A DNA stretch of 64,000 nt from an uncultured Chlamydiae bacterium (GTDB taxonomy: Bacteria > Chlamydiota > Chlamydiia > Chlamydiales > Parachlamydiaceae): positions 128,001 to 192,000 of the forward strand of contig CAWHMU010000045.1 of NCBI GenBank assembly GCA_963830365.1, given 5' to 3'. The notes below the pieces were generated by a model. The model ran no database searches. It worked only from the letters and a program-made list of their open reading frames with translations, and was not told the DNA's origin. A program made the position numbers and the translations under genes. This document shows positions 1-9,949 of the stretch, in pieces (position 1 is the stretch's first letter; each line of letters starts with the position of its first letter).

Positions 1-398
1 TGTCCAAATGCCTGGCTCATGACGACAGAAGCTGTCTTATGACCTACCCCAGGTAGTTCTTCCAAGGCTTCGAAAGAGGCCGGCACGGCTCCTTCGTGAT
101 TTTCTATCAGCAGTTTTGAAAGCTCCCAGATGGCGCGCGCTTTGCGCGGCGCCAGGCCGCAGGGACGGATGATGGCTTCGATGTCAGCGACATCGAGTTT
201 TACCATTTTTTGCGCTGTAGCGGCTTTTTTGAATAGCTGCGGCGTGATGGTATTGACGCGGGCGTCGGTGCATTGCGCCGACAGCAGCACGGCAATGAGC
301 AGGGTATAGGGATCACGGTGCAGCAGCGGAATCTGTGGGGCAGGATAAAGCTCGCTTAAGAGGCGGCGGATTTTCTCACCCTTTTCTTTTTTATTCAC
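1..398 (-). CDS. nth: Endonuclease III, 3' part runs off the window start
   Basis: Manual minus-strand translation from GTG at 398 gives MNKKEKGEKIRRLLSELYPAPQIPLLHRDPYTLLIAVLLSAQCTDARVN. LIAVLLSAQxTD is the Nth signature. Directly downstream of mnmE. Confidence 0.9.
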   Translation of the reverse strand, partial: MNKKEKGEKIRRLLSELYPAPQIPLLHRDPYTLLIAVLLSAQCTDARVNTITPQLFKKAATAQKMVKLDVADIEAIIRPCGLAPRKARAIWELSKLLIENHEGAVPASFEALEELPGVGHKTASVVMSQAFG

Positions 399-401
399 TG
401 C

Positions 402-1778
402 CTATTTCCCGATGCAGAAGGTGGAAAATATAGCCGATAGGATGTCTTCGGTGATATTTGTGCCGATGATGGTGCCCAGGGAATTCAAAGCCAGCCGCAT
501 ATCCATGGAGAGGAATTCCGGTGAAATACCGGTTTTAAGTCCGGCCATCACCCCTTGGCAGGCTTCGATGGCTTTTATTAAAGCCTCTTTGTGGCGCGCG
601 TTGGTAATTAGAACTTCTTCGCGCGAAGGAGGGCCGTGTTTCCATATGACAGCATCAATGGTGTGGCGCAACGTGTCGATGCCGGTCTTGTTTTTAGCGG
701 ATAATGCCACATGATGCGGGATACTCAATACAGGCAGGGCAGCATGCGGCAAATCCACCTTGTTCCAGATGGCGATGGTCTTTTCCTTGGGCATCAGTGC
801 CAGCAGCATCTCATCTTGTGCATCCAGTCCTTTGGCGGCATCGAGCACAAGCAAAATCAGATCAGCCTGCTGCATGGCGGCTTGCGAGCGGCGGATCCCC
901 TCTTGCTCGATGACCTCTTCGGTCGTCCTGATACCGGCGGTATCCATGAGCTTGAAGTTGAGCCCATTCAGGCGCATATGGTCTTCCAGGATATCGCGCG
1001 TGGTACCGGGGATATGAGAGACGATGGCGCGTTCTTTGTCGAGCAGGGCATTCATCAGCGACGATTTGCCAACATTGGGGGAGCCGATCAGGCATACGGC
1101 GATGCCGTCATGCACGATTTTGCCGTCGTGGAAGGTGTTGGCCAGGGACTGCATGCTTTGGCATAGCTGCGCCAAATCGGCCAGGATCTCATCCATGGTG
1201 GTAAATTCCAGACCCTCCTCAGGGAAATCCACCCAAGCCTCGAGGATGGCGGTGATCAGCGTCAGGCTTTGCTGAAAACCATCGATGGTCTGCGATAGAG
1301 AGCCTTTCAGCTGCTCTTCAGCGGCATCCAGAGCGCGTTCATTTTTGGCACAGATGAGCTCCTGCACCGCTTCGGCCTGGGCCAAGTCTATCTTGCCGTT
1401 GATGAAAGCTTTGAAGGTGAATTCGCCGGGCCTTGCCGCCCGCGCGCCGGCTTGCAGGACGACATCGAGCACGCGCCGCGTGATCAGGCTGCCGCCGTGG
1501 CAGTGGATTTCGACGGTGTCTTCGCCGGTATAGGAACGCTTGCCAAGCATCGGGAGAATCAGGACGTCATCGATATGTACGCCTTGGGCATTTTGGATCT
1601 TCCCATAATGGGCGGTATGCGTTTTGTAGCTATGCAATGGGCCTGAGTAAACTTTGGCGGCGACAGATAGCGCGTGCTGGCCGGAGATGCGGATGATGGC
1701 TACGCCCCCTTCGCCAAGGGGGGTGGCTACGGCGGCAATAGTCTCGCCCGGCTGGTATGGCTGATGTACGAATTCCAT
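402..1778 (-). CDS. mnmE: tRNA modification GTPase MnmE/TrmE
   Basis: TIAAVATPLGEGGVAIIRISG, GSPNVGKSS, DTAGIR and C-terminal FCIGK motifs. Confidence 0.98.
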   Translation of the reverse strand: MEFVHQPYQPGETIAAVATPLGEGGVAIIRISGQHALSVAAKVYSGPLHSYKTHTAHYGKIQNAQGVHIDDVLILPMLGKRSYTGEDTVEIHCHGGSLITRRVLDVVLQAGARAARPGEFTFKAFINGKIDLAQAEAVQELICAKNERALDAAEEQLKGSLSQTIDGFQQSLTLITAILEAWVDFPEEGLEFTTMDEILADLAQLCQSMQSLANTFHDGKIVHDGIAVCLIGSPNVGKSSLMNALLDKERAIVSHIPGTTRDILEDHMRLNGLNFKLMDTAGIRTTEEVIEQEGIRRSQAAMQQADLILLVLDAAKGLDAQDEMLLALMPKEKTIAIWNKVDLPHAALPVLSIPHHVALSAKNKTGIDTLRHTIDAVIWKHGPPSREEVLITNARHKEALIKAIEACQGVMAGLKTGISPEFLSMDMRLALNSLGTIIGTNITEDILSAIFSTFCIGK

Positions 1779-1895
1779 AAGTGAATGATTTTAATTGTTT
1801 TAAAGTAAGCAGTATAAAATTATCTGTTGGTTTTTGTAAATGAAATATGTAGTTTCGGCCGAGTTTTTTCAGCAATGACGTGCGGTTGTAAAACG

Positions 1896-2368
1896 CAACA
1901 AATTAACCACAGAGACACCGAGACGCAGAGAAAACATGGGCAGAGGAGTTGTTGCTTAGGAAGAGGTTGTTTACAAAAAATTCAACGCGAAGGAACAGCC
2001 AAGAGGCGCAAAGATGCAAAGGAGGCAAGCAGTAAAAAAACAGGATGGCACGATAGTCAGGATAAACACCGGCGGCAACTGAGCGGGAATCAGACTCCAA
2101 TCACAGCGACAGCGTCATGGTTATACGCCAAGCGCTGATCCGGCCACTGGCGATTGCTAGCTGTCGGATCAGCGCTTGGCGTATAATCATGACGCTGTCG
2201 CTGTGAGGCATGCCCCTCGGATTGCTGAAGCTAATCCGAGGTATGGATATTGGTCTCGATCGAGGCTTTCTTTTCTTCCTAATTGTGCTTATCCTGACTA
2301 TCTTAACATTCTGCTTTTTTTGCTGCTTGTTTCTCTGTGTCTCGGTGTCTCTGTGGTGAATTTTGTTG
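1896..2368. repeat. Nested inverted repeats from three palindrome families in the mnmE/sdhC divergent intergenic region
   Basis: Outer IR 1896-1935/2328-2368, middle IR about 2026-2069/2285-2329, inner 44-bp IR 2101-2144/2163-2206. Confidence 0.85.
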
Positions 2369-2466
2369 GTTTTTGCCATGTAACGGTTGTCGATTTTTGC
2401 TTGTCATCGTCGTTTTTACATGTTATCTATGTCATAGTATTTTGAATCTGTATTTGTTGAGGAAAA

Positions 2467-3489
2467 ATGACCGCAGCATCCACACAAACAATTCCGCAAG
2501 CCTTTGTCTGGCGCCGGCTGCACTCTATCACCGGCGTATGGCTGGTGGTTTTTTTGATCACGCATCTGTTTACCAATTCCCAGGCGGCGCTGTTTATCGG
2601 CGATGACGGACACGGATTTATCCGCGCCGTCAACTCCATCCATGATATGCCCTATCTGCCGCTGATTGAAATTGCCGTACTGGCCTTTCCCATCTTGGTC
2701 CACCTGCTATGGGGGCTCAAATACCTGCATACGGCCAAATATAACTCATTTGGCCAGACGGGGAAGACACCCTATCTGCCGAATTATCCACGCAATCATG
2801 CCTATACCTGGCAGCGCATTACCGCCTGGTTGCTGGTGCTTGGTATCATCGCCCATGTGGTCCAGATGCGCTTTGTTGAATATCCCGTTTCGGCTGCCAT
2901 AGGCAGTGAACATGCCTATATGGTGCGTGTCAGTGAAGATGACGGACTCTATACTGTGGCCGAACGGCTGGGTGTCAGGCTTTATAACAGCAAGCAGATC
3001 CAGTCGCTCACCCCTGCCGAATTGTCATCAGGTCTTAAGCCTGCAGCAAAGGGTGAATTGATGGAGGGCTTCATGTCATCTCTTAAAGGTCTTTTTAACT
3101 CATCGGAAAGTGGCCCTGTAAAGCCACAGCAGCTATTGCGCGCGCAAGCCCATGCCCAAGAGGTGCAATGGCTGGAGGCGTTGAAGCTGCGTCCGTTGAA
3201 GGAAGGCGAGGTAGTCGCCGTGGCGGGTGATTTCGGCACGGCTGAACTGCTGATGCTGCGCGACACCTTCAAATCGCCCTTCATGCTGGTGCTGTATACC
3301 TTGCTGGTGCTGGCTACATGTTTTCATGCCTTCAATGGACTATGGACAGCAATGATTGCATGGGGCGTTACTTTGACGGTCCGAGCGCAATATCTGATGC
3401 TCGGCCTGTCATCCTTGCTGATGGTAGCTTTCGCCTTCTTGGGCTTGTCTGCAGTGTGGCTGACATATTGGATCAATTTAAAATACTAA
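2467..3489 (+). CDS. sdhC: Succinate dehydrogenase cytochrome b558 subunit
   Basis: RRLHSITG, HLFTNS, WQRITA and FHAFNGLW motifs; first gene of sdhCAB. Confidence 0.93.
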   Translation: MTAASTQTIPQAFVWRRLHSITGVWLVVFLITHLFTNSQAALFIGDDGHGFIRAVNSIHDMPYLPLIEIAVLAFPILVHLLWGLKYLHTAKYNSFGQTGKTPYLPNYPRNHAYTWQRITAWLLVLGIIAHVVQMRFVEYPVSAAIGSEHAYMVRVSEDDGLYTVAERLGVRLYNSKQIQSLTPAELSSGLKPAAKGELMEGFMSSLKGLFNSSESGPVKPQQLLRAQAHAQEVQWLEALKLRPLKEGEVVAVAGDFGTAELLMLRDTFKSPFMLVLYTLLVLATCFHAFNGLWTAMIAWGVTLTVRAQYLMLGLSSLLMVAFAFLGLSAVWLTYWINLKY

Positions 3490-3505
3490 CATGGCATGAA
3501 TCATA

Positions 3506-5404
3506 ATGGCTGTCGATAAAAGTAAGAAAAACGTAGTCGTCGTCGGTGGCGGCCTGGCTGGACTGTCAGCGGCAATGAAGCTGGCAGAGAACGGCTGCCA
3601 TGTCCAAATCGTTTCGGTGACGAAAGTCAAACGCTCCCATTCGGTCTGCGCCCAAGGCGGCATCAATGCCGCCATCAACACCAAGGGAGAGGATGATTCC
3701 CCTCTCATCCATGCCTACGATACCATTAAAGGGGGCGATTTCCTGGCCAACCAGCCGGCGGTGCTTGAGATGTGCCTTAGCGCGCCCGCCATCATCCATA
3801 TGATGGAGCGCTTCGGCTGCCCCTTCAACCGCACGCCGGAAGGCAACCTCGACTTCCGCCGCTTCGGCGGAACGCTATACAACCGCACGGCCTTCTGTGG
3901 CGCCTCGACCGGACAGCAGCTGCTATATGCGCTGGATGAACAGGTGCGCCGCCATGAGGTGAATGGCAGCGTTGAGAAGTTTGAAAATCACGAATTCATG
4001 CGCCTGGTGCTTGACGGAGAGGGGGTCGCGCGCGGCGTGGTCATCATGGACCTCTTCAATCTAAAGCTTGAAGTCCTTAAGGCCGACGCCGTGGTTATCG
4101 CCACCGGCGGATGCGGTCTGATCTTTAAGAAATCGACAAATTCGACCTTCTGTACCGGTGCGGCCAACGGCCGCCTCTACCGGCAGGGCATGAAATACGC
4201 CAATGGGGAATTTATCCAGATCCATCCGACGGCAATCCCGGGGGAAGACAAGATGCGCCTGATGTCGGAATCGATCCGCGGCGAAGGCGGCCGCATCTGG
4301 GTGATGGGCAATGCCGCCAATACGATCACTTTGGAAGACGGACGCACCATCCCCTGCGGCGTGACGGGTAAGCCTTGGTATTTTCTGGAAGAGATGTATC
4401 CCGCCTTCGGCAATCTCGTGCCCCGCGACATCGCCGCAAGAGAGCTTTTGCGCATCTGCGAGATGGGCATGGGTGTAGACGGCCAGATGCAGGTATATCT
4501 CGACGTCTCCCACCTGTCAGAAGAGAGGAAGCATAAGCTGGCTTCCGTTCTTGATATCTACCAGAAATTTACCGGCGAAGACCCCTCGCGCGTGCCCATG
4601 CGCATCTTTCCGGCTGTACATTATACTATGGGAGGAGGCTGGGTGGACTGGCCGGCGGCCGACGCTCCCGACAGGCTGCAGCGCTACCGACAGATGACCA
4701 ATCTGCCGGGGTGTTTTAATATCGGCGAATCGGATTACCAGTATCACGGCGCCAACCGTCTGGGAGCTAATTCTCTACTTTCCTGCATCTTCTCAGGCCT
4801 CGTGGCCGGCCACGAAGTGCCCCGTTATCTATCCACCCTTTCCCATAGCTGCCACGATACGCCGGCCGCTATCTATGAGCAAACGCTGCTGCTGGAACGC
4901 GCCGCGCGAGAAGAAATGCTTGCCCGCACCGGGCCGGAGAACGTCTACCGCCTGCACGATGAGTTGGCGGCCTGGATGGTGGATAACGTCACCGTGAAGC
5001 GCAACAACAAAGACCTAAAGCGCACCATGCATAAAATTAAAGAGATCCGGCAGCGTTTCAATAATATATCCCTTGACGACCGCTCCCAATTTGCCAACCA
5101 GACGCTGGCCTTTGCCCTGCAGTTTGGGCCCATGCTCGATCTGGCCCTAATTATCACCAAAGGGGCGCTTTTGCGCGATGAATTCCGAGGGGCGCATTAT
5201 AAGCCTGAATTCCCTAAGCGCGATGATGAACATTGGCTGAAGACGACGATCGCCACCTTCGATCCGGACAGCGATGAGCCGGTGATCACCTATGAGCCTG
5301 TCGACATGCCCTATTTAAAGCCGATCATGCGCGATTATTCGCATGCGCATAAGGTGAGGCACAGTTTAGAAAACATCCCGTCAAATATAAAGCCGCCCCT
5401 ATAG
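3506..5404 (+). CDS. sdhA: Succinate dehydrogenase flavoprotein subunit
   Basis: GGGLAG FAD-binding motif, RSHSVCAQGGINA, HGANRLGANSL. Confidence 0.97.
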   Translation: MAVDKSKKNVVVVGGGLAGLSAAMKLAENGCHVQIVSVTKVKRSHSVCAQGGINAAINTKGEDDSPLIHAYDTIKGGDFLANQPAVLEMCLSAPAIIHMMERFGCPFNRTPEGNLDFRRFGGTLYNRTAFCGASTGQQLLYALDEQVRRHEVNGSVEKFENHEFMRLVLDGEGVARGVVIMDLFNLKLEVLKADAVVIATGGCGLIFKKSTNSTFCTGAANGRLYRQGMKYANGEFIQIHPTAIPGEDKMRLMSESIRGEGGRIWVMGNAANTITLEDGRTIPCGVTGKPWYFLEEMYPAFGNLVPRDIAARELLRICEMGMGVDGQMQVYLDVSHLSEERKHKLASVLDIYQKFTGEDPSRVPMRIFPAVHYTMGGGWVDWPAADAPDRLQRYRQMTNLPGCFNIGESDYQYHGANRLGANSLLSCIFSGLVAGHEVPRYLSTLSHSCHDTPAAIYEQTLLLERAAREEMLARTGPENVYRLHDELAAWMVDNVTVKRNNKDLKRTMHKIKEIRQRFNNISLDDRSQFANQTLAFALQFGPMLDLALIITKGALLRDEFRGAHYKPEFPKRDDEHWLKTTIATFDPDSDEPVITYEPVDMPYLKPIMRDYSHAHKVRHSLENIPSNIKPPL

Positions 5405-5412
5405 GAGTTTGT

Positions 5413-6183
5413 ATGACCGATACCTATATCCTAAAAATCTACCGTGGCAATCCGGGCAGGCAATACTGGGAAGAATTCCAATTGCCGTATGTCCCTTATG
5501 CCAACATCATCTCGGCCCTGATGGAAATTCAGAAAAATCCCGTCAACCGCCAGGGCGAAAAAGTCACTCCCGTGGTGTGGGAGCAAGGCTGCCTGGAAGA
5601 GGTGTGCGGCTCATGCTCCATGCTTGTCAACGGCAAGCCGCGCCAGGCCTGCACGGCCCTGATAGATATCCTATTGGCCGGAAAAAGCGACCGCACCATT
5701 ACGCTTGCGCCCTTCTCCAAATTTCCCCTGGTGCGCGATTTGATCGTCGACCGCAGCGTCATGTTTGAAAATCTGAAGAAAGTCCAGGCCTGGGTCGATA
5801 CCGACGGCGCCTATGACCGCGGCCCCGGCCCCAAGATCAGCCCGCAGAAGCAGGAAGTGATGTATTCCATTTCCAAATGCATGACGTGCGGCTGCTGCGT
5901 CGAGGCCTGTCCCCAATCCAATGCCCAATCGAAATTCGTCGGCCCCCAGATCATCGCCCAGGCGCGCCTTTTCAACACGCACCCCATCGGCCGCATAAAC
6001 AAAGCGACGCGCCTGCATGCCCTCATGCAAGAGGGGGGCGTCGGCGACTGCGGCAACGCCCAGAATTGCCAAAAAGTATGCCCCAAGGATGTGCCTTTGC
6101 TGGAATCTATCGCCGCCATCGGCCGCGACACCACCATGCAGGCCTTTAAGGATATCTTCAGCTCCCCCGAGCGGGATGAGTGA
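5413..6183 (+). CDS. sdhB: Succinate dehydrogenase iron-sulfur subunit
   Basis: CLEEVCGSC, CMTCGCCVEACP and CGNAQNCQKVCP Fe-S motifs. Confidence 0.97.
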   Translation: MTDTYILKIYRGNPGRQYWEEFQLPYVPYANIISALMEIQKNPVNRQGEKVTPVVWEQGCLEEVCGSCSMLVNGKPRQACTALIDILLAGKSDRTITLAPFSKFPLVRDLIVDRSVMFENLKKVQAWVDTDGAYDRGPGPKISPQKQEVMYSISKCMTCGCCVEACPQSNAQSKFVGPQIIAQARLFNTHPIGRINKATRLHALMQEGGVGDCGNAQNCQKVCPKDVPLLESIAAIGRDTTMQAFKDIFSSPERDE

Positions 6184-6280
6184 GTAGAATGCCTTATAAA
6201 AACACTCGGTAATCAATATCAAAGATTTTGGCTAAGCGATATATCAACAAGCCACATATGTTGGTTAAGCTAATTCGGAT

Positions 6281-6580
6281 CTATATTATGCTAATTCTCA
6301 GATGTTTGCCGATGGCAGCGGCAGCATTGATGAGCGATCGGATGTTCGATGATTTACTAGGATCGAGTAAACGATCCAGAGCTGATCTACTAGTTCCTAT
6401 ACGCTTGGCGAAGTCCTCTTTTGTTAGTTTTTGCTTTTCCATTTCATCCTGAAGCTGCAATACAAAAGCATATTTGGCTCCAACTTCTTGGCAATGCTCG
6501 AAAATATCTTCTTCTTTAAGAAAATCATCAAAACTGGAGCCTGCATGAATATTTTTACTTGTTCTTTTCTTGCTGCTCAT
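6281..6580 (-). CDS. XRE-family HTH antitoxin (HigA-like)
   Basis: HAGSSFDDFLKEE N-terminus and HTH (FAKRIGTSRSALDRLLDP); overlaps the upstream toxin gene. Confidence 0.8.
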   Translation of the reverse strand: MSSKKRTSKNIHAGSSFDDFLKEEDIFEHCQEVGAKYAFVLQLQDEMEKQKLTKEDFAKRIGTSRSALDRLLDPSKSSNIRSLINAAAAIGKHLRISII

Positions 6581-6917
6581 AATTTCTAGCCCTTTCTTTT
6601 GCTATTTTAAAATCTTGCGTAGGAAGCTTTTGTGTCTTTTTGATAAACCCATGAAGTAAAACCATCGTTTTATTCATAACCATGAAAATAATCCTGATAA
6701 TCCCATTGGGAATACTACTCCTCAATTCATGAATCCCATCTCCAAGACTGCGAATCAACGGCATTCCCAAGGGCCAACGGAATTGCACCTTGCTAATGTC
6801 TTCGCCAATAATAACCTTGATAGGTTTATCCAAAGATTGGAGCCAAGTTCTAACGGGTTCATTTCCGTTAGACTCTCTGTAAAACTCTACGCGTAGAGTT
6901 GGTTTAGTCTTTTCCAT
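6555..6917 (-). CDS. RelE/HigB-type (Gp49-like) toxin of a type II TA pair
   Basis: Likely start MEKTKPTLRVEFY at 6917. FYRESNGNEPVRTWL, GIHELRS and LLHGFIKKTQK are typical motifs. Toxin-first gene order. Confidence 0.85.
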   Translation of the reverse strand: MEKTKPTLRVEFYRESNGNEPVRTWLQSLDKPIKVIIGEDISKVQFRWPLGMPLIRSLGDGIHELRSSIPNGIIRIIFMVMNKTMVLLHGFIKKTQKLPTQDFKIAKERARNYEQQEKNK

Positions 6918-6970
6918 CGGTTTCCTTATACCTAATTGTACCTTTTCTAGTACATAAATGCAATTGGATC

Positions 6971-7816
6971 TCAAACGCCGCCCATCAAGTCGATGAACAT
7001 TTTGGCATTGCGGGGCAGGCCTCTGGTTTTTGAGAAGATGGCCAGAATACGGTAGGGGATGGTGGGGAGGGGGCAAGCATAAGGGACAAGTGCGCGCTTG
7101 CCGATGATGTAATCAGGCAGGAAGCCGATGCCAAGTCCCTGTTCGGTTAAGCTGGCAATGACTTCCCAGCTGGAAACTTCCAGGCAGCTTTGCATATCGA
7201 TGTCGTTGTTTTGAAGATGTTGTTTCAATAAGGAAACTTCTTTTCTCTCTTCACTGAGAATGAATTTATTTACGGCCGGTTGCGTCAGCTTCTTGGCTCT
7301 GTATAAGCGATATTCCCCCCGATAAATTTCCACGGCATGAAATGTTGAAAAGTCTTCATTGTCGAGCACGATGCCAAAATCGACCTCCCCCTTTTTAACC
7401 AGCTCGACAATGGTGCCTGTGTGGCCGAGTCTTAGGACCGGTTCCACGGCTGTCCATGTTTGGGAAAGCCTACTCAAATAGGGCGGCAGCAGGGATAGCG
7501 CAAAGCTATGGCTGCAGGCAAAAGACAGCTTTCCCTTAAACACCCCGTCAGCCTCATTGAAGGCATCCTCGATATCGGCGAGCACGCTGAAAATCTCCTT
7601 GCATTTCTCCAGCAAAAGCAGGCCATCTCCGGTCAATTGCAGGCGATTCTTCGCATGCGTGATCAGCTGCTTGCCTAAAGTAATTTCCAATTTGCTGATA
7701 GCCTGGCTGATGGCCGATTGACTGACGAAATTTTCTTTGGCGGCTTTTGAGATGCTCTTGGACTGTCCCGCACTAAAAAAATAGCGCAGAAAAGTGATGT
7801 TTGGATCGAACTTCAT
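6971..7816 (-). CDS. LysR-family transcriptional regulator
   Basis: N-terminal HTH SISKAAKENFVSQSAISQAISKLE plus substrate-binding domain; divergent from the NTT gene. Confidence 0.93.
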   Translation of the reverse strand: MKFDPNITFLRYFFSAGQSKSISKAAKENFVSQSAISQAISKLEITLGKQLITHAKNRLQLTGDGLLLLEKCKEIFSVLADIEDAFNEADGVFKGKLSFACSHSFALSLLPPYLSRLSQTWTAVEPVLRLGHTGTIVELVKKGEVDFGIVLDNEDFSTFHAVEIYRGEYRLYRAKKLTQPAVNKFILSEERKEVSLLKQHLQNNDIDMQSCLEVSSWEVIASLTEQGLGIGFLPDYIIGKRALVPYACPLPTIPYRILAIFSKTRGLPRNAKMFIDLMGGV

Positions 7817-7827
7817 AAGGCCTCATG

Positions 7828-7844
7828 TATAAGTAAATGTTATA
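7828..7844. promoter_or_regulatory. Putative LysR recognition box (T-N11-A palindrome)
   Basis: TATAA-gtaaatg-TTATA in the 120-bp divergent intergenic region. Confidence 0.55.
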
Positions 7845-7936
7845 TATAGTATCATTTATATTAATTTTTGCTAAATCTGATTTTGTCATAAAGTTTAGCT
7901 TTCTAATAGATCAGTTAGTTTACATAAGGAAGTTAC

Positions 7937-9535
7937 ATGTCGCAAACGCTAACGCAAGAGTTTACGGGCTGGCGCAAGCTGCTCTGGCCAATCCATAATT
8001 ATGAAGTCAAAAAGTTCCTGCCCATGGGCATCATGATGTTCTGTATTCTATTTATCTACACCGTATTGCGCGATACCAAGGATGCTATTTTAATCAATGC
8101 GCCGGGGGCCGGTGCTGAAAGCCTGGCTTTTGCCAAAGGGATCGGCGTGACGGCGTCGGCCGTGGTCTTCATGATCCTGTATGCCAAGGCTGCCAATCTA
8201 TTCAACCGCGAAGGGCTGTTCTATGTGACGGCCTTGCCGTTTCTGGTCTTTTTTGGATTGTATCCCTATGCCGTCTATCCCTTTGTAGATAGTCTGCATA
8301 TGAGTTTGGAGACGATTAAACACTATCAAGCCACCTATCCAACTATCAAGTGGCTGATGCCATTGATCGGCAATTGGACCTATACGCTGTTTTATATTTT
8401 ATCTGAACTGTGGGGAAGTGCCGTGTTATCGCTGTTGTTCTGGCAATTTGCCAATGCCATCACACCGGTTAAAGAAGCGCGCAGATTCTACGGCATGTTT
8501 GGTTTCCTCGGTAACTTCGGCCTGCTATTATCAGGTCCGGCCATCATCCTGGTGTCAAACTCAATTCATAATCTGGGATTGAGCCGCGCCGAGTCTACGG
8601 GACTGATGCTGCAATATTTGATGGCCTTTGTGATTATAGCCGGCGTCATTCTCCTTTCCACTTTCTATTGGATGAACCGCTATGTACTGACGGATCGCCG
8701 CTATTATGATCCTGAAGCCATGGGGGAGACAAAAAAGAAAAAGGCTAAACTCTCATTGTCTGAAAGCTTTAAATACATCCTGCAATCGCCATACTTGGGA
8801 TTGATTGCCATGTTGGTGCTGGCTTATGGCGTGTCGATCAATCTGTTTGAATGCGTGTGGAAGGGGCAGATTAATATCGCCTACCCCACAGAAGTCGAAC
8901 ACAACTGCGTCATGGGGGGATGTTCAACCATCACCGGCGGCATCGCCGTTATCTTAATGCTGGTCGGCAGCAATTTATTGCGCTCTTTCAGCTGGCGCAG
9001 CTGCGCACTGATTACGCCGGTGGTGTTGATTGCCGGCACGCTGGTCTTTTTTGGCGTGATTTATTACAACAACAGCCTGCTGCCGGATGGCATGAAAATC
9101 AGCGAGGCCATCAAACAGGGGGTTATCAGCAAAGAACTCATCGTCTTTGCGGTTGGTCTTGGCCTGGTGGTGAACGCTTTTGGCAAGGCAGTGAAATATT
9201 CGCTCTTCGATCCTACTAAAGAAATGGCCTACATCCCTTTGGATCCCGAGCTTAAAGTGAAAGGCAAAGCCGCGGTCGATGTCATCGGCGGGCGCGGCGG
9301 CAAATCCGCCGGTTCCTATATCCAGATGGGACTGCTCACATTGTTTTCCGGTAGCGCGCTCTATCAGCTGGTGCCGATCATCGCCCCCATAGCCCTCGGC
9401 ATCGTCTGCTTGTGGATCTTGTCCGTTTTCGGCTTGAGCAAGCGCTTTAAAGCCCTAACCGACAAACAATCTGCTCCCACAGCCGCTAAACAGCCGGTTT
9501 ATGCATCTAAGCAGGTTGAGGTTGGTTTAGGCTGA
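7937..9535 (+). CDS. NTT/TLC-family nucleotide transport protein (ATP/ADP translocase family)
   Basis: LRDTKD, FYILSELWGS, FWQFANAIT, KYSLFDPTKEMAYIPLD and KGKAAVDVIGGRGGKS motifs. Confidence 0.95.
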   Translation: MSQTLTQEFTGWRKLLWPIHNYEVKKFLPMGIMMFCILFIYTVLRDTKDAILINAPGAGAESLAFAKGIGVTASAVVFMILYAKAANLFNREGLFYVTALPFLVFFGLYPYAVYPFVDSLHMSLETIKHYQATYPTIKWLMPLIGNWTYTLFYILSELWGSAVLSLLFWQFANAITPVKEARRFYGMFGFLGNFGLLLSGPAIILVSNSIHNLGLSRAESTGLMLQYLMAFVIIAGVILLSTFYWMNRYVLTDRRYYDPEAMGETKKKKAKLSLSESFKYILQSPYLGLIAMLVLAYGVSINLFECVWKGQINIAYPTEVEHNCVMGGCSTITGGIAVILMLVGSNLLRSFSWRSCALITPVVLIAGTLVFFGVIYYNNSLLPDGMKISEAIKQGVISKELIVFAVGLGLVVNAFGKAVKYSLFDPTKEMAYIPLDPELKVKGKAAVDVIGGRGGKSAGSYIQMGLLTLFSGSALYQLVPIIAPIALGIVCLWILSVFGLSKRFKALTDKQSAPTAAKQPVYASKQVEVGLG

Positions 9536-9559
9536 AAAGCTTTGACTGCCGCCGTGGTA

Positions 9560-9949
9560 AGTATGCGTAACTATGGAAATCTAGGTTTTTGATGGTACTA
9601 CGAGCAGAGATGAATGCCATCGAATGGCCGTTAGAAGACCGTCAGGGCTGAACAACTGAACTTTCTGGTGGTGTTAACGCAGTGGGATTGTCTTGGGTGC
9701 CAATATCCGCCTTGCAGATGCCGGCAGAGTGGACATTGTCTTCTTGAGCAGAAGTGACTCAGGCATCACGAAGATAACTGATGTGTTGTCTGGCGAAAAC
9801 TTGCTATCCCAAGTCAATTTCACATTTAACATTTCTGCCGGTGTCCAGATGTTGGACTTTTCAGCGGTTATCAAAAAGGAATGGCTATGATAAAAGATAA
9901 TTGAAGCAGTGACGAGTCTAAGAAAGTAATGCATAATATCCCCAATCAA
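9560..9949 (-). pseudogene. Decayed N-terminal fragment of an S9-family peptidase (TolB-like propeller)
   Basis: Signal-like start, then WTPAEMLNVKLTWDSKFSPDNTSVIFV. After a frameshift another frame reads ICKADIG..ALTPPESSVVQP*RSSNGHSMAFISARSTIKNL, resembling PRWSPDG..IAFLS.R with an internal stop. Confidence 0.55.

Noticed and set aside
1827..2445. Short ORFs reading HRDTETQR or LCLGVSVV (similar ORFs at 15309, 19212, 52028, 52992)
   Set aside because: They are translations of the palindromic repeats, not genes.
6918..7076. 53-aa N-terminal extension of the toxin ORF
   Set aside because: It overlaps the lysR 3' end; ATG 6917 has an AAGGA RBS and gives a typical toxin length.
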